A stretch of 64,000 nt of DNA from the human T2T-CHM13v2.0 reference genome, Homo sapiens: assembly GCF_009914755.1 (NCBI RefSeq), contig NC_060928.1. One strand, 5' to 3'. Below the pieces are notes generated by a model. That model was not told the DNA's origin. It was given only the letters and a program-made list of their open reading frames with translations, and made no database searches. A program made the translations under genes and the position numbers. Below are positions 1-13,302 of the stretch, in pieces (within the stretch, counting starts at the first letter, position 1; the number at the start of each line of letters is the position of its first letter).

Positions 1-775
1 AGGTTTCTGTGATTGTAGAGTCATACATAGTGATAGTTTTCAGATGTATATTGCTGCTTTATTTTCATAGTAAAGTATGAATTTTGATGAACAAGGAACT
101 GTTTTAATGTTTGTTGCAAGCCTACAGTGTCCATGTGCTGTCCATGAGCTCTGCTGTGTGCCGGGAAGGGGGACAGAAATGGCCATGGCCTCCAGGAGCT
201 TATTGTTTAGAGGAAGCAACAGACGTGTAAATGATCGAGTACAGTGAAATGTTGGAACTGCTGACAGTTATCTACGGGAACAGTGTGGGCAAAGAAAAGG
301 CAGTAGTCCTTTCTACCTGAAAGGTGTGTTTGGGACAGCATGAGGCCATGAAATGCTTGAGAGATTGCTTAGGTGAGCCCTGCAGACAAGCAGGCACTGG
401 GCAAGCCTGGCATCCCTGGCATGCTGGGGCAAGAAAGCAGTCAGATTGTCTGCATAGGGATGCGTGGTAAAGAATGCCCACCGGCCCATCCTCCACCGTA
501 TGCCTAACATTATTTTCTTGTAATGAACTAGAATAAATGTTTGTGGTTACATGGAATTGGAATGCTGTTGTATAAAAACATTTACAAATAAGAATCCCTC
601 ATCCTGCTTACTGAGAATTTAGTATTTAGTAGGTTAGTCTTTTTAAAATAGTTAACCGCAGCCTGCATTATGAGGATGGCATGCCAGCATAAGGAAGTTA
701 GCATCATCTTAGAGTGACCACAGAAGCTGCATCTGTCCGTGTGACTGGACACTGTATGTGTCCAGATCTCTGCAG

Positions 776-821
776 GGAAGAGTCATGTCATACTTTAACG
801 GAAGAGTCATGTCCTACTTTA
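776..821. repeat. 24-bp-period tandem duplication GGAAGAGTCATGTC(A/C)TACTTTA x2
   Basis: Copies start at 776 and 800, one mismatch. Confidence 0.85.
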
Positions 822-1933
822 GAGTATGACTGAGTCGCAGTCAGAGGGAAGTGTTTCCTCTGTGGCGTAGAACATGGACTGTTTGGAGGGCACTGGAGAG
901 AACCAAAAGAGTGACAAGTTTTGAGCGCTTGTCATTTGAGAAACGGGAAAGAAAATGCGGCGTAATTACCTGTCTTTGGGGAGAGGAGTAGGATTGCTTT
1001 TGTTCCTCCAAGTAGGCAGAAACAGAAACACTGGGCAGCTGGTACAGAGAGACGGGTTTTGAGAGGCAGTACTCTGCCAGCAGCGCCGTCTAGCCAGCTG
1101 TCTGCCCGAGTCCGGGGGTCCTAGTGCCTTCTGCAGGATTACCCTATAGGAGGCATTTCCAGGGTGCTGATGTGGACTCATGCCAGAGGTGACAGTGTCA
1201 GCCATCCATGGTGGAAACACAAAAATAAGGACACTTAGTGAGCTTGGCCCAAGCTATTACATTGTCATCTCTGAGGTTATATTTGCCACACCTTTACCGT
1301 TGAATGTCCTTTTATCAAAATAGCAGTCATTGTTTAAGTGATATCTCTATGTTAAACCTTACATTTTTTTCTTTTTAATTTTATCGCTGTGTGAAATCCT
1401 AAAGTCTTGAAACTCCTGAGCTAGCTGACTTTTAATATCTGGGATCTCTTTTATCTCTAAATGATTACGATTCCTGACTTTTTTTTGATATAAACACTCA
1501 ACTGCCGTTAAGAGTGCTCATGATAGGGAATAGATGCTGGGTTTGTTCATGTTTAAATACTGAGGTTCAAGTACCTGTCAGAAGGAGTTTATTATAAAAA
1601 TTGCTGAAGGCAGATGTTAATTCTTCTCTACAGCATAGTTTTTCTGTTAAAAATTCTAACTCCATTTGAAGGTAAAATGGTATTAGAAAGGATCAAAGTT
1701 CCTTTACTGCTAATATCGTTAACATAGGTTTAACAGTCCAAACTTTGGAGTCACTAGGCAAACCTGAATTAGTGAATTCAGTCCCCATTTTATGACCCAA
1801 GGCTGGTTACTAACCTCTCAGAGCCTCTGTTGACTTCTCTGTAAAACATGGATAATACTGCTTTACAAGACATTGTGATGACTAAGTTAAATACTCTTCG
1901 CAACGGTTTAGCAAAGAGCTTCATTCATAGTAA

Positions 1934-2280
<347 letters not shown>

Positions 2281-3065
2281 TACTTGCTAGAATTTTTATG
2301 GACACAACTATAGGTGATTTCTAAGACATGGTCTGTGCACCTAAGATATCCTTAGTACTAGAATATATCAAAAGTTTACCAAAAATAAAAATATTGACTA
2401 AAGCTCTAATAATCTGGGCCTGAGTTTGCTGTGTAACCTGGAATAAATTATCTGAATGTACTATTGGATTTTTTGCATGGCCCATTCCATTAGTTTTATT
2501 TAATCTGCTTTTATATTATTTATCAGAAATATGCATTCCTGTATCAGGGAGAAAGATTGTTTTCATTATCTATTTCTAGTACAAAATAGGTAAAGAACAC
2601 TTTAAAGATTTTTCTACCACTTAAAATATTAAATGGAAGATCATTTGATTATATTTCTTTTGAAAACAAGTAATCGTTATGCCATTTTTAAAAAGGAAAA
2701 ATGCAACATTGCTAAGAATTAACCCAGAATGCATTTCATTCAGAATACATAGTTTACAAAATAACCGAAAAAAGAGGGCTCTAATTTAACAGTTCAGCAG
2801 ATGGTGCTATTCCGATTATTATGCAACTGATCAGCTTTTCTGAAATTTGCAAGTGACTAATTTAAAACACTGGTGTATTATTTTTAACTCTCCAGTATGT
2901 GTTTCCTGAGTGGCAAAGTTACCGTCATATTGAATATTCAAAACACACTATTTCATTCATAGAAACTTGTGTTTCCTCAAGGTTTCCCCACAAGTAGAGG
3001 AGTTTAGATTCACAGCAACCAGTATTAATTTCTGGCCCCACCATGTAACTGAGACAACTCCTTTA

Positions 3066-3120
3066 TTTATCTGAATACAATGGTAATTGTACAGTTTATC
3101 TGAATACAGTGTTAGTTGTA
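3066..3120. repeat. 29-bp-period tandem duplication TTTATCTGAATACA...TTGTA x2
   Basis: Copies start at 3066 and 3095. Confidence 0.8.
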
Positions 3121-4502
3121 TTATTATCTCAAGAAAATAGGTGGTAAAGGCCTAATTTGAAGTTCAGCAAATGTATATTGCTGTTGATATTTGTTTTATT
3201 GTTATTAGGAGCCATTCTATTAAAAGCTGGACATTTTCCAAAGTTTTGTCAAACTCTTTCTCTTTGGTTGTTGAAAATAAACTTGAGTTTTTTCGAAGCC
3301 ACATTTATCATATTCTTAAATGTAATGTCTAACTCTGTTTCCCAGAATTTGATAGACATGATGAATCTTTCATGTTATATAGTCCGCAGATGGCATTTTT
3401 AATACTTGTGAATTCTAGTTTTCATTCACAAGTCAATATCAAACTCATCTTCAAATCTTAACCATGAATCTTAATCTTTGCATTTTATTTAAAATGCAAT
3501 TTGCAAATTAAAAAAAGCCCCGTGTGTTAGTTGGCTAGTATTCATTCTCGTTTTTCACTTATCTTGTGCATGACACCTGCTCATTTTTACCGCTGGGTAT
3601 ATTACCTCATTTCAGTAGGTTTTCCTTTTTTTTCTTTTTCTTTTTTTTGCCACAGAACACTGTACAAAATTAAAATGAGGAAAATAAAGGTTGAGACTAT
3701 TAACTTAATTACAGCAATGGAAGATTTTCCAAACCTAATTCGAAACATTAGCAATTAGCTTTTTAAATATCTGAGGCATTTGCAGTTTTAATTTCGCTGT
3801 ACTTTAGGTAATTTAATATTGATTTCCTGTTGATTAGTACATAGAAATCCATCTGATGATCTCCGTTTCAGTGTTATTCTTCGCAAAGCCTTGCTAGTTT
3901 CAGAAATTAGGAACACAATGGCCCTGCACCTGAGAGGCTGCTGTGATTCTCCTGATTTGCCCTTTTGCACAAAGGTAAAATTGAGAAACCTGTCAGAAAG
4001 AACCAAGTGTACTTGCCAGAGGAAGTACTTTTTGGAAATGTCTTCCCTTCTTTATGAACAGAAGTATGTTTTTTAGAAAGAAACAATACTGAAATAAGGA
4101 CGTATGGTGCTTTTGTTTGTTTTAAGTGATGTTTTAAATACATGGCCCAAATAAAATACATCAAGGCCTATTTAAAGTCCAGGCTTGGCGACCACCAAAG
4201 CAGCCTCCACAGGGTGCTGTTAAGAGGGAAGCACTGCATAGGGCCTGCCTGAACTAGGACACAGCCAAGGGCTCACATGGAGGACGGGGTGGAGACACAT
4301 CTCGTGTACAGCAGGTGGCCAGGCACTCTGGCTGCTCTTCACGCTCTTGCCCATGGCTTCTTTTGAGTTGTGTGTAGCTCATCTTCATCTGGAATTTGAA
4401 TTGGAACCTGGCTAAATGTGTCAGTTTTCCTTTTGAATTTATATAATTTAAAAAACCAAAAACTTTCATTATTGGTGTGTTTTTCTTTTCCTCTTTTTGC
4501 AG

Positions 4503-4576
4503 GCAGGTAACTTGCAGACTCACTTACGACGGCATTCTGGTGAAAAACCATACATCTGCGAGATCTGTGGAAAGAG
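4503..4576 (+). CDS. ZBTB49: ZBTB49 internal coding exon (74 nt): AGNLQTHLRRHSGEKPYICEICGK(R)
   Basis: Long pyrimidine tract ending TTTTTGCAG, donor AG|GTCAGT at 4577, C2H2 finger end with SGEKPY linker. Phase joins the next exon. Confidence 0.95.
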
Positions 4577-5824
4577 GTCAGTGCTGGGCGTGTTCTTCCG
4601 TGTGGAAGGGAGCATGTCTAGTCTCAGTGTCTTTGGTAGTCAGTGTCTTCTGAAGTGGTGGCTCACAGATGAGCCACAGGTGGGCTCACCCTGCCACTGC
4701 AGAACACAGGTAAATTCAAACCTTCTGGCTTTGCATGTGACACACGAGAGAATAATAAAAAGAAAAGTTAATTCAAAGAAAGAAAAGCTGGGACAGGAGT
4801 CCCAAAAAGGAAATGGGGTTTTAAATGCAACAAAATTATTTTATACTAATATTTTCATTCATTCTAAAAATGTCTCTGAAAATATAATAGATTAATGCCC
4901 CCAAGGAGGTGACTGTCTAGTAGGGGAAATGGGACTTGGCAGCTGAGTGACTAGATTTCAGGAGAGAAGGAGGTGGTGGAAGGTGCCACAAGCCGTGGGT
5001 CTGTAACAGCCTGTGAGAGCTCCACCCCAGGGAGGAGGAAACTAAGTCTTGATGGGTGGGTAGGATTTTGACCTGGCAAAAGAGAATCTGACTCTTGACG
5101 TGGAATAAAGTGTGTGGCAGCTCGATTCCTCTGCAGCGTGGTATAAATGAGGAGCTCTTCCCCTGCTGTGTGTGCAGGCTGGCACCCTCGACCCTCCTTC
5201 CTGTCCTTGGGCTGTACGTCAATCAGGCCACGTACTCCATCATCTGGTGGTTGTGCCAGGACAACAGGCATCAGCCAGGACTATGCCAGTCACGAAGCTC
5301 TGTACGCACCTTGGTTACGTAGCTTTTATATTCATTTATTTAATCATTCATTGATTCAACATTTTTTAGACACCTGCTGTATGCCAAGTGCTATATGGGT
5401 CCATAAAAATAAACAGTACAGAGTCTCTGCCTGTCACAGATTCATACCGAAGTGCCTTGAGGCAAGAGATAGTCACGGGGTCAGTTAGAAGTCAGTGTCC
5501 TCATATTCAGTCTCAGCACATGCTGGGGAAAGCCGAGGAGGAAGCGACTCTCGATTCAGTTTCAGGAAAACCATTTCTCTGCCAATGGTAGAAAACAAAC
5601 AAAAGCTGCGGCGGGCAGCGCATCTCCCTTTCTGCTGTAGCTACCTGAACGCTGAAAGTCAAGTTCAGGGCCCAGTGTCATCTGCCGCTCCTTCCAGATG
5701 CCTGGGAGCATAGCCCTCCTGCTGCCTCTGATGGCATCACTTCACTGTTGGCCCCTGCATGTCTTGTTTTGCATGGTGTTTGAAATCTGAACTTTCTGAA
5801 TTCCATTTCAAAGTGAGGCATGTG

Positions 5825-6136
5825 TTTATTTTTTATTTATTTATTTTTTTGAGACAGAGTTTTTGCTCTTTTGCCCAGGCTGTAGTGAAGTGGCTGAATC
5901 TCGGCTCACTGCAACCTCCACCCCCTGGGTTCAAGCGATTCTCCTGCCTCTGCCTCCCAAGTAGCTGGGATTGTAGGCATGTGCCACCATACCCGGTTAA
6001 TTTTTGTATTTTTAGTAGAGACGGGGTTTCGCCATGCTGGCCAGGCCAGTCTCAAACTCCTGACCTCAGGTGATACACCCGCCTCTGCCTCCCAAAGTGC
6101 TAAGATTACAGACGTGAGCCACCGTGCCCAGCCAAG
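5825..6136 (-). mobile_element. AluS, antisense in intron
   Basis: Full Alu dimer with degenerate (TTTA)n tail, flanked by AGGC(A/G)TGTGTTT. Confidence 0.9.
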
Positions 6137-7097
6137 GCGTGTGTTTGAAACCAGACCTATATGCAGCGTCTTCCTTAGAATATAACATACTCTGCTATCA
6201 AGCGTAGTGGAAAGGAAAGAACATAGATTTCCACATCTGAGGGCTTGGGTTGGAATTATTGTCTAAGACAAGTTGGTAACCGCCTCTGAACTTGGTTTTC
6301 CCATCTGGAAAGTGGAGGTGAAAATGCCTGCCTGGCAGTGTTGTGGAATGACTAGATGGGATAATGGTTGTTAAACATGTAACCGATCACCTGCACACAG
6401 CATCTGCTCAGTGAATGCTGGTTCCCTTTCTTCCTTTAGTTCCCTTGTTCTCAATGTTAGGACTGATAGGTGTAAGTCTCTGTTGTGGCTCAGAAAGAGG
6501 AGAGCTTATTCTCTGGGGATATTCACAGTGGAGGGTGACAGCCATACCTCTTGGTCCCTGAGACTCTGAGCTCCTGTTTGCATTTTACTTTATAGTGAAA
6601 AGAGCGAGAGTCGCACCTGGCTAGACCAGGGCAGAACTCACTCTGGGCCCTCTCAAGGTCATCCTCCTTGGGTTGGCACCACCCAGCTAGGGTCTCTCCC
6701 GTGAGACCCCAGGAACCTTGGCAGGACTGCAAGGGTGGAAGGGGCATTTGGCTCTGAACTGGGGAGACTCCTTTTTCACTCTCTTTGTGGCCCCTAAGGT
6801 AGTGATGCTGAACCGTACGGTATCTGATCTTGTGCTCTGTAAAACTGAGGAAGAAAGTGTGATGAAATCAGGTAGAAAAAAATGCTTTAAAAACAAGACA
6901 CTTGCATCATGTTCTGCTTTTCTTAAAAAAATAGAAAAGGGTTTTTTCCATGCACGTTTCAGATGAAACCAGTCCAGTTCACGTTCCTTTCTGCAGCAGT
7001 GTCAGGAGCAGGTATCTCCTCCCTCAGAGAGTTGCAGTTATAAAGACCCACAGTAATGTGGAAAGGCTCTTAATTGAATTTTCAAATTACATTCTAG

Positions 7098-7180
7098 GTT
7101 TGCAGCCTCTGGCGACGTCCAGCGTCACATTATTATTCACTCAGGAGAAAAACCACACTTGTGTGACATCTGTGGTCGAG
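7098..7180 (+). CDS. ZBTB49: ZBTB49 internal coding exon (83 nt): FAASGDVQRHIIIHSGEKPHLCDICGR(G)
   Basis: Acceptor TTCTAG|G, donor GAG|GTACAG. Completes the finger begun in the previous exon. Confidence 0.95.
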
Positions 7181-7270
7181 GTACAGCTGAGTGTTTTCCT
7201 ATTCTTCTTGAAGATTTCTGATTAAAATGTTCTCTGTCCTTCAGCTTAACACCTGTTATGGTCTCTCTAG

Positions 7271-7432
7271 GGTTTAGTAACTTCAGTAATTTGAAGGAGC
7301 ACAAAAAGACACACACGGCTGATAAAGTCTTCACCTGTGATGAGTGTGGAAAGTCTTTTAATATGCAAAGGAAGTTAGTAAAGCACAGAATTCGGCACAC
7401 GGGGGAGCGGCCTTACAGCTGCTCTGCCTGCG
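7271..7432 (+). CDS. ZBTB49: ZBTB49 internal coding exon (162 nt): FSNFSNLKEHKKTHTADKVFTCDECGKSFNMQRKLVKHRIRHTGERPYSCSAC(G)
   Basis: Acceptor CTCTCTAG, donor GCG|GTGAGT at 7433. C2H2 fingers in frame (overlaps ORF 7258..7461). Confidence 0.96.
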
Positions 7433-8349
7433 GTGAGTTTGGGTTTCTGGCTGTCCCCTAGTCATCTGTGTGTGGGAAGGGCTTTGTCCCCCAGCCCTCA
7501 TTAGCTGAGTGCGTGTCTGGGATGAGCCCTTTGTTTCCTCCTGTTTTTTTATTGCCTCACATGATCTCTCATTCATTCCTGCATTTGTGTGTCAGGCATT
7601 TGCTGCTTGTCTTTGAGGTATTAGGAACTGTCCTAAACGCTCCGAATACAAAGATGACTAAGACAGAGTCCCAGGTGCTGAGGGCTCTTGGTCCAGATGG
7701 GAAGAGGGAGGGTGGCTGGGAAAGTAGGGGACAGCAGGACGTGTGGCTGCACATGAAGGAGAGCAGCGGTCCCGCCAGAGCATTAGGAGCACGTGCTGGG
7801 ATCAGAGGGTCGGCTTCTATAGATCACAAACTTCAGAGCAGACTTTATTCTCGTGGGCACTTGATGCTTCGTTTGAGAGCGGAAAGCTGGCAGCCCTCGG
7901 TTTCAGGGCACCTGACTGCTCCGATGAGGACACGGAGGCTCAGGGTAAGGTAGCTCATGACCTGTGATCACAGCGTTGGAGCCAGGATTCCTATACACAT
8001 GGCCTCTAAAGAGGGAGAGTGTGTACCCGTGACAAGTAATTGAGATGCCTATTGAATCATGGGCAAAACTATGAGTGACAGCAACTTTTATGAACTGTTT
8101 AGACCAAATAAGAAATGCACAGAGTCCAGCTGTAGGGAGCCTGGATTCAGGGCACCATTCAGAGAGGCACATTCTAATTGTAATTGGAATCTGAAACCAG
8201 CAGGACTTCTGCATATAACCAGAGGAAACTCGGTTTTTGTCCCTGCATTTAAATTGTACACGGATCTTCTGGATACAGATTTAGGCAACTCCATGACCAT
8301 TCTGATCACTCTTAGAAAGTGAAGTTTCATCACTTTAAATCACTAACGT

Positions 8350-8493
8350 AGGAGCCTACTGTGGTGGCGTTCGCCTGTAATCTTAGCTACTTGGGAGGTT
8401 GAAGCTGGAGGATCTCTTGAGCCCAGGAGGCCGAGGCTGCAGTGAGCCGAGATTGCACCACTGCCTGGGTGACAGCGAGAGCTTCATCTCAAA
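8350..8493 (+). mobile_element. Alu right-arm monomer (FRAM/AluJ-like)
   Basis: GTGGTGGCG...CCTGTAATC...GCAGTGAGCCGAGATTGCACCACTG. Confidence 0.8.
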
Positions 8494-8779
8494 GCATCAG
8501 TAGTGTAGTCTCAAATCACTAATTTAAAATGTCAGTTCCAAATAATTATCACAACTGTGAACTTGATTTAATGGTAAATTTTGTCCTCCTTCCCCAGCTA
8601 GGACTTGCTGCTGCTCAGACCCTGCAGTGGAGGAAGTGGGGCCTTCCGTCCCCTCTGCCCCACTTAGGGTTCTGCCCTTTCCCTGCCTCACTAACCCTGG
8701 TTTCCCACTCTGATGAGGTCAGCTTCTGGGGGATGGGGGAGCGCTGAAGAGAGGAGGAATGTTATGTGACAGGGTCAGT

Positions 8780-9145
8780 TTTTTAACAGCTTTGAGACAA
8801 TATTCCCATACCATAAAATTTACCAATTTAAAGTGAACAATTCATTGGTTTTTGGTAGATTCACAAAGTTGTATAATTCTCAACACAATCTAATTTTAGA
8901 ACATTTTCATCACCCCAGAAGGAAGCCTTATACCCATTAGCAACCCCCTTCCCAGCCCTGGCCCCTGGCTGCCACTCATCTAGGTTCTGTCTCTGTGGAC
9001 TTGCCCGTTCTAGACATTTACTATGCATGGACTCATACAACACGGGGTATTTTGTAGTCGACTTCTTGCACTAAGCAAATCAGCTATGAACATCCGTGTA
9101 CCAAGGCTTGTGTGGGGGTGTGTTTCCATTTTCTTGGATATATAG
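8780..9145 (-). mobile_element. Old L1 (L1MB-like) 3' fragment
   Basis: Typical L1M 3' end motifs (TTTAAAGTG..AATTCA, AACATTTTCATCACCCCA, GCTATGAACAT). Confidence 0.75.
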
Positions 9146-9788
9146 ACAGTTCTCTTTTAAGAGGGTTTCACATGCTGAGCTTCTCGGTGTTTCAAACTGC
9201 TCGCAGGCTCGTGTGCTCTCGCTGTCTTATGCGTGCTGGGCTTCGTAGTTCTCAAGTCTGCCTTCCCTGTCTTCCCCCAGCATTTCACTGCGCTTTCCCA
9301 GATGCAGGCCTGCACTGCACAGCCATGCATTTCCGTTCAGCTGGCGTCTTTCCTGGCTCTCTGGTTTTAGTGGCAGCTTCCTATAGGGAGGCTTCGTTGG
9401 GGTTTCACTGCTCTCCGGGCAGCCTCCCCTGCTGATTGAGAGCAGCTCCAGCATGCCTCTGTCCAGTGGGTGGCAGCCCTCAGGTCTGTATTCAGGGGCC
9501 TGCAGGCCCACAGCAGTGTGGCGCCCACCCGCCTGTCCCCTACTAGACCTACTGTGCAGGAGGTGGGCGTCATTCCCCTGTGCCCTCCTCGCGATGGGAC
9601 ACAGGTGGAGCCAAGCTCCTCTCGACTCGAAAGATGAAGGACAGGCACCCATATTCCTCTTTCTTGGTGGAAACTCTGTCATGACTAAAAATTTTACATA
9701 TTAAGGATGCTAAAAGTGGTTGTCCCATCTTGTTCAGTAATTCAACTATTGAGAATTTATCTTGAAGAAATGATGTAAAGAAAGATTA

Positions 9789-10654
<866 letters not shown>

Positions 10655-10999
10655 ACAGTATTTTTTATGTGGAAAATGTGCCCAAAGTTTAGGCATGTAA
10701 GCTCACATCCAGTTTGATTATTCAAAGGCTTTAAAAAAAAAATAGCCTAGCCATTGCTTGACTGGAGCTAGATAGCTGAGAATTCAGATGTAAAGTGAAA
10801 AGTTCTAAATATTTGTCCATGTGAGTTGTGCAGCTCATTCTTGGCTAGTCTGTGGCCTTTGTAAGGTTATGTGCTGAGTTCCTTCTCATCTTACCTATTC
10901 CAGTGGTGGAGCTAGATCCCTTACCTTTACCATATTCACAGAGAAAGAAAATAGAACCTGGACAGGAATGCATAACATTTTGTTAAAAGCTGAATACAG

Positions 11000-11527
11000 G
11001 GCCAGGCGCCATGGCTCATGCCTGTAACCCCAGCACTTTGGGAGGCTGAGATGAGCTGATCACTTAAGGCCAGGAGTTCAAGACTAGCTAGGCCAACATG
11101 GCAAAACCCCATCTCTACAAAAAATATAAAAATTAGCCTGGTGTGTTGGCACACCTTGTAAATCCCAGCTACTCGGGAGGCTGTGACATGAGAATCGCTT
11201 GAACCCAGGAGGTGGAGGTTGCTGTGATCCGAGATTGCACCTCACTCCAGCCTGGGCGCCTCACTCCCAGCACTTTGGGAGGCTGAGGTGGGCAGATCAC
11301 TTGAGGTCAGGAGTTCAAGACCAGCCTGGCCAACATGGTGAAATGCCATTTCTACTAAAAATATTAATACAAAAATTAGCCTGGCGTGGTGTCAGGCATC
11401 TGTAATCCCAGCCACTCAGGAGGCTGAGGCAGGAGAACCACCTGAACCTCGGAGGCAGAGGTTGCACTGAGCCGAGACAATGCCACTTCACTCCAGCCTG
11501 GGCGATTTTTTTCTTTTTTTCGAGACA
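11000..11527 (+). mobile_element. Composite of two fused Alus with an inverted tail
   Basis: The first Alu lacks an A-tail and runs into a second at ~11259. The second ends GGGCGA|TTTTTTTCTTTTTTTCGAGACA. Confidence 0.85.
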
Positions 11528-11899
11528 AACACCCGAATACACAAACACCTTTAGAAAAGATGTTTCTAAATTATAGATTGGCTGTGTTAGATTTATGAAC
11601 ATGTAGTGAAACTGATGAGGAGAGCTGTGGTTTCTCAGCATGGGCTTGGCAGGTGCCTACAGCACCCATGTGCAGGGAGACTCAGTGAGAATCGAAGGAC
11701 TGACACTGAGATACTCAAAACCCAAAGGCTGTCTGCTGGAGGGGTCCGCAGCTGGAGAAGCACCTCCCACAGGAATGGAAAGCCTTCCAGAGTGAGCAGA
11801 AGCTGTGAGGTAACCCCCTCTCCTCAGATCAGGGTTGTTCAGTGTCTTGGGAGGGGAGGGGAGAATCCTTCCAGAATGGCCACTGTAAAAGCATCTTTT

Positions 11900-12080
11900 T
11901 CCAGCCTGGGCATCATAGCAAGACCCTGTCTCTACAAAATGTATATGTATATTAGCCAGGCGTGGTGTCATGCGCCTGTCGTCCCAGCTACTTGAGAGGC
12001 TGAGGAAGGAGGATTGTTTGAGGCTAGGAGTTCACGACCAGCCTGGGCCACATAGTGAGACCCTGTTTAAGTAAATAAAT
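11900..12080 (+). mobile_element. Partial Alu/FLAM ending ~20-35 nt before the terminal-exon acceptor
   Basis: CCAGCCTGGGC..ATAGCAAGACCCTGTCTCTAC...GGAGTTCACGACCAGCCTGGG..GAGACCCTG, then a (TAAA)n tail. Confidence 0.8.
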
Positions 12081-12100
12081 AACTGTTTTTCTTTTTCCAG

Positions 12101-12777
12101 GGAAATGTTTTGGGGGATCAGGTGACCTCCGCAGGCATGTCCGCACTCACACTGGGGAGAAGCCGTACACATGTGAGATCTGTAACAAGTGCTTTACCCG
12201 CTCTGCGGTGCTCCGGCGGCACAAGAAGATGCACTGCAAAGCTGGTGACGAGAGCCCAGATGTGCTGGAGGAGCTCAGCCAAGCCATCGAGACCTCCGAC
12301 CTCGAGAAATCTCAGAGCTCAGACTCTTTCTCCCAAGACACGTCTGTGACGCTGATGCCAGTGTCGGTTAAACTCCCTGTCCACCCAGTGGAAAATTCTG
12401 TGGCAGAATTTGATAGCCACTCTGGCGGCTCCTATTGTAAGTTACGGTCCATGATCCAACCTCATGGAGTTAGTGACCAGGAGAAGCTGAGTTTGGATCC
12501 TGGTAAACTTGCCAAGCCCCAGATGCAGCAGACACAGCCTCAGGCCTATGCTTACTCGGATGTGGACACCCCAGCCGGTGGCGAACCACTGCAGGCCGAT
12601 GGCATGGCCATGATCCGTTCCTCTCTGGCTGCTTTGGACAACCACGGCGGTGACCCCCTGGGCAGTCGAGCATCTTCCACCACTTATAGGAACTCAGAGG
12701 GTCAGTTTTTCTCCAGCATGACTCTCTGGGGGCTAGCGATGAAGACGCTGCAGAATGAAAACGAGTTAGACCAGTGA
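12101..12777 (+). CDS. ZBTB49: ZBTB49 terminal coding exon: last two C2H2 fingers plus acidic/Ser-rich tail ending [14 protein letters not shown]
   Basis: Acceptor TTTTTCTTTTTCCAG|GG. Reads [44 protein letters not shown] and continues into ORF 12208..12777. Stop TGA at 12775-12777. Confidence 0.96.
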
Positions 12778-13250
12778 TGTACCGCGCTTCTCCACGGTAG
12801 AGGCGTGTTCTCAGTTTAGCAGGCTGGTGTTAAGGCTGTAGGAGGACCCAGTTTCCCCATGACAGTGCCTTCTAACTAGCCAGAGAATAGGTAGCTTCCC
12901 TCCTGATGATGGCTCATAATCTGAAGCATCTTGAGCTGGGGGTGTGAGGGGGAGGGCCTGCTGGCTCACCGTGAGGCAGCCGCGGGAGGGAGCGCTGACG
13001 TCACAGAAGCGAAGGCTTGATGCTGTCTCAGCAGCCTCAGCTGTGGGGGGGAAGCGCGTGTGCATCGTGTCAACTACTGTACATGTTGGTCATGTGAAAG
13101 GAATTATATATGTATAGTATTACAAGTATTTTTGCATTTTTACAAGATTGAAATTTGTAGCATTTTGTATTATTTACACAGAATTTATTTGTATATGAAA
13201 CTCATACCATAATTTAATTCGAATAAATGAAACTTTTCTATATATTATAT
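12778..13250 (+). other. ZBTB49: ZBTB49 3' UTR (end approximate)
   Basis: Follows the stop codon. The AU-rich distal part has several TGTA and ATTTA elements ahead of AATAAA. Confidence 0.8.
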
Positions 13251-13302
13251 GTTTCCTCTAGCATTTTTATTAATCTAAAGACTATAGGGGTATAAAAATA
13301 AA
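13222..13302 (+). terminator. Tandem polyadenylation signals AATAAA (13222-13227 and 13297-13302)
   Basis: Canonical hexamers with upstream TGTA elements and T-rich sequence after the first. Confidence 0.8.

Noticed and set aside
2600-4250. AT-rich intronic stretch considered as a hidden exon, ncRNA or old DNA transposon
   Set aside because: No finger-coding frame, recognisable RNA boxes or terminal inverted repeats that I could verify by eye.
4577-4895. Continuation of ORF 4497..4895 beyond the zinc finger
   Set aside because: It reads through the donor into intron, and finger homology resumes only at 7098.
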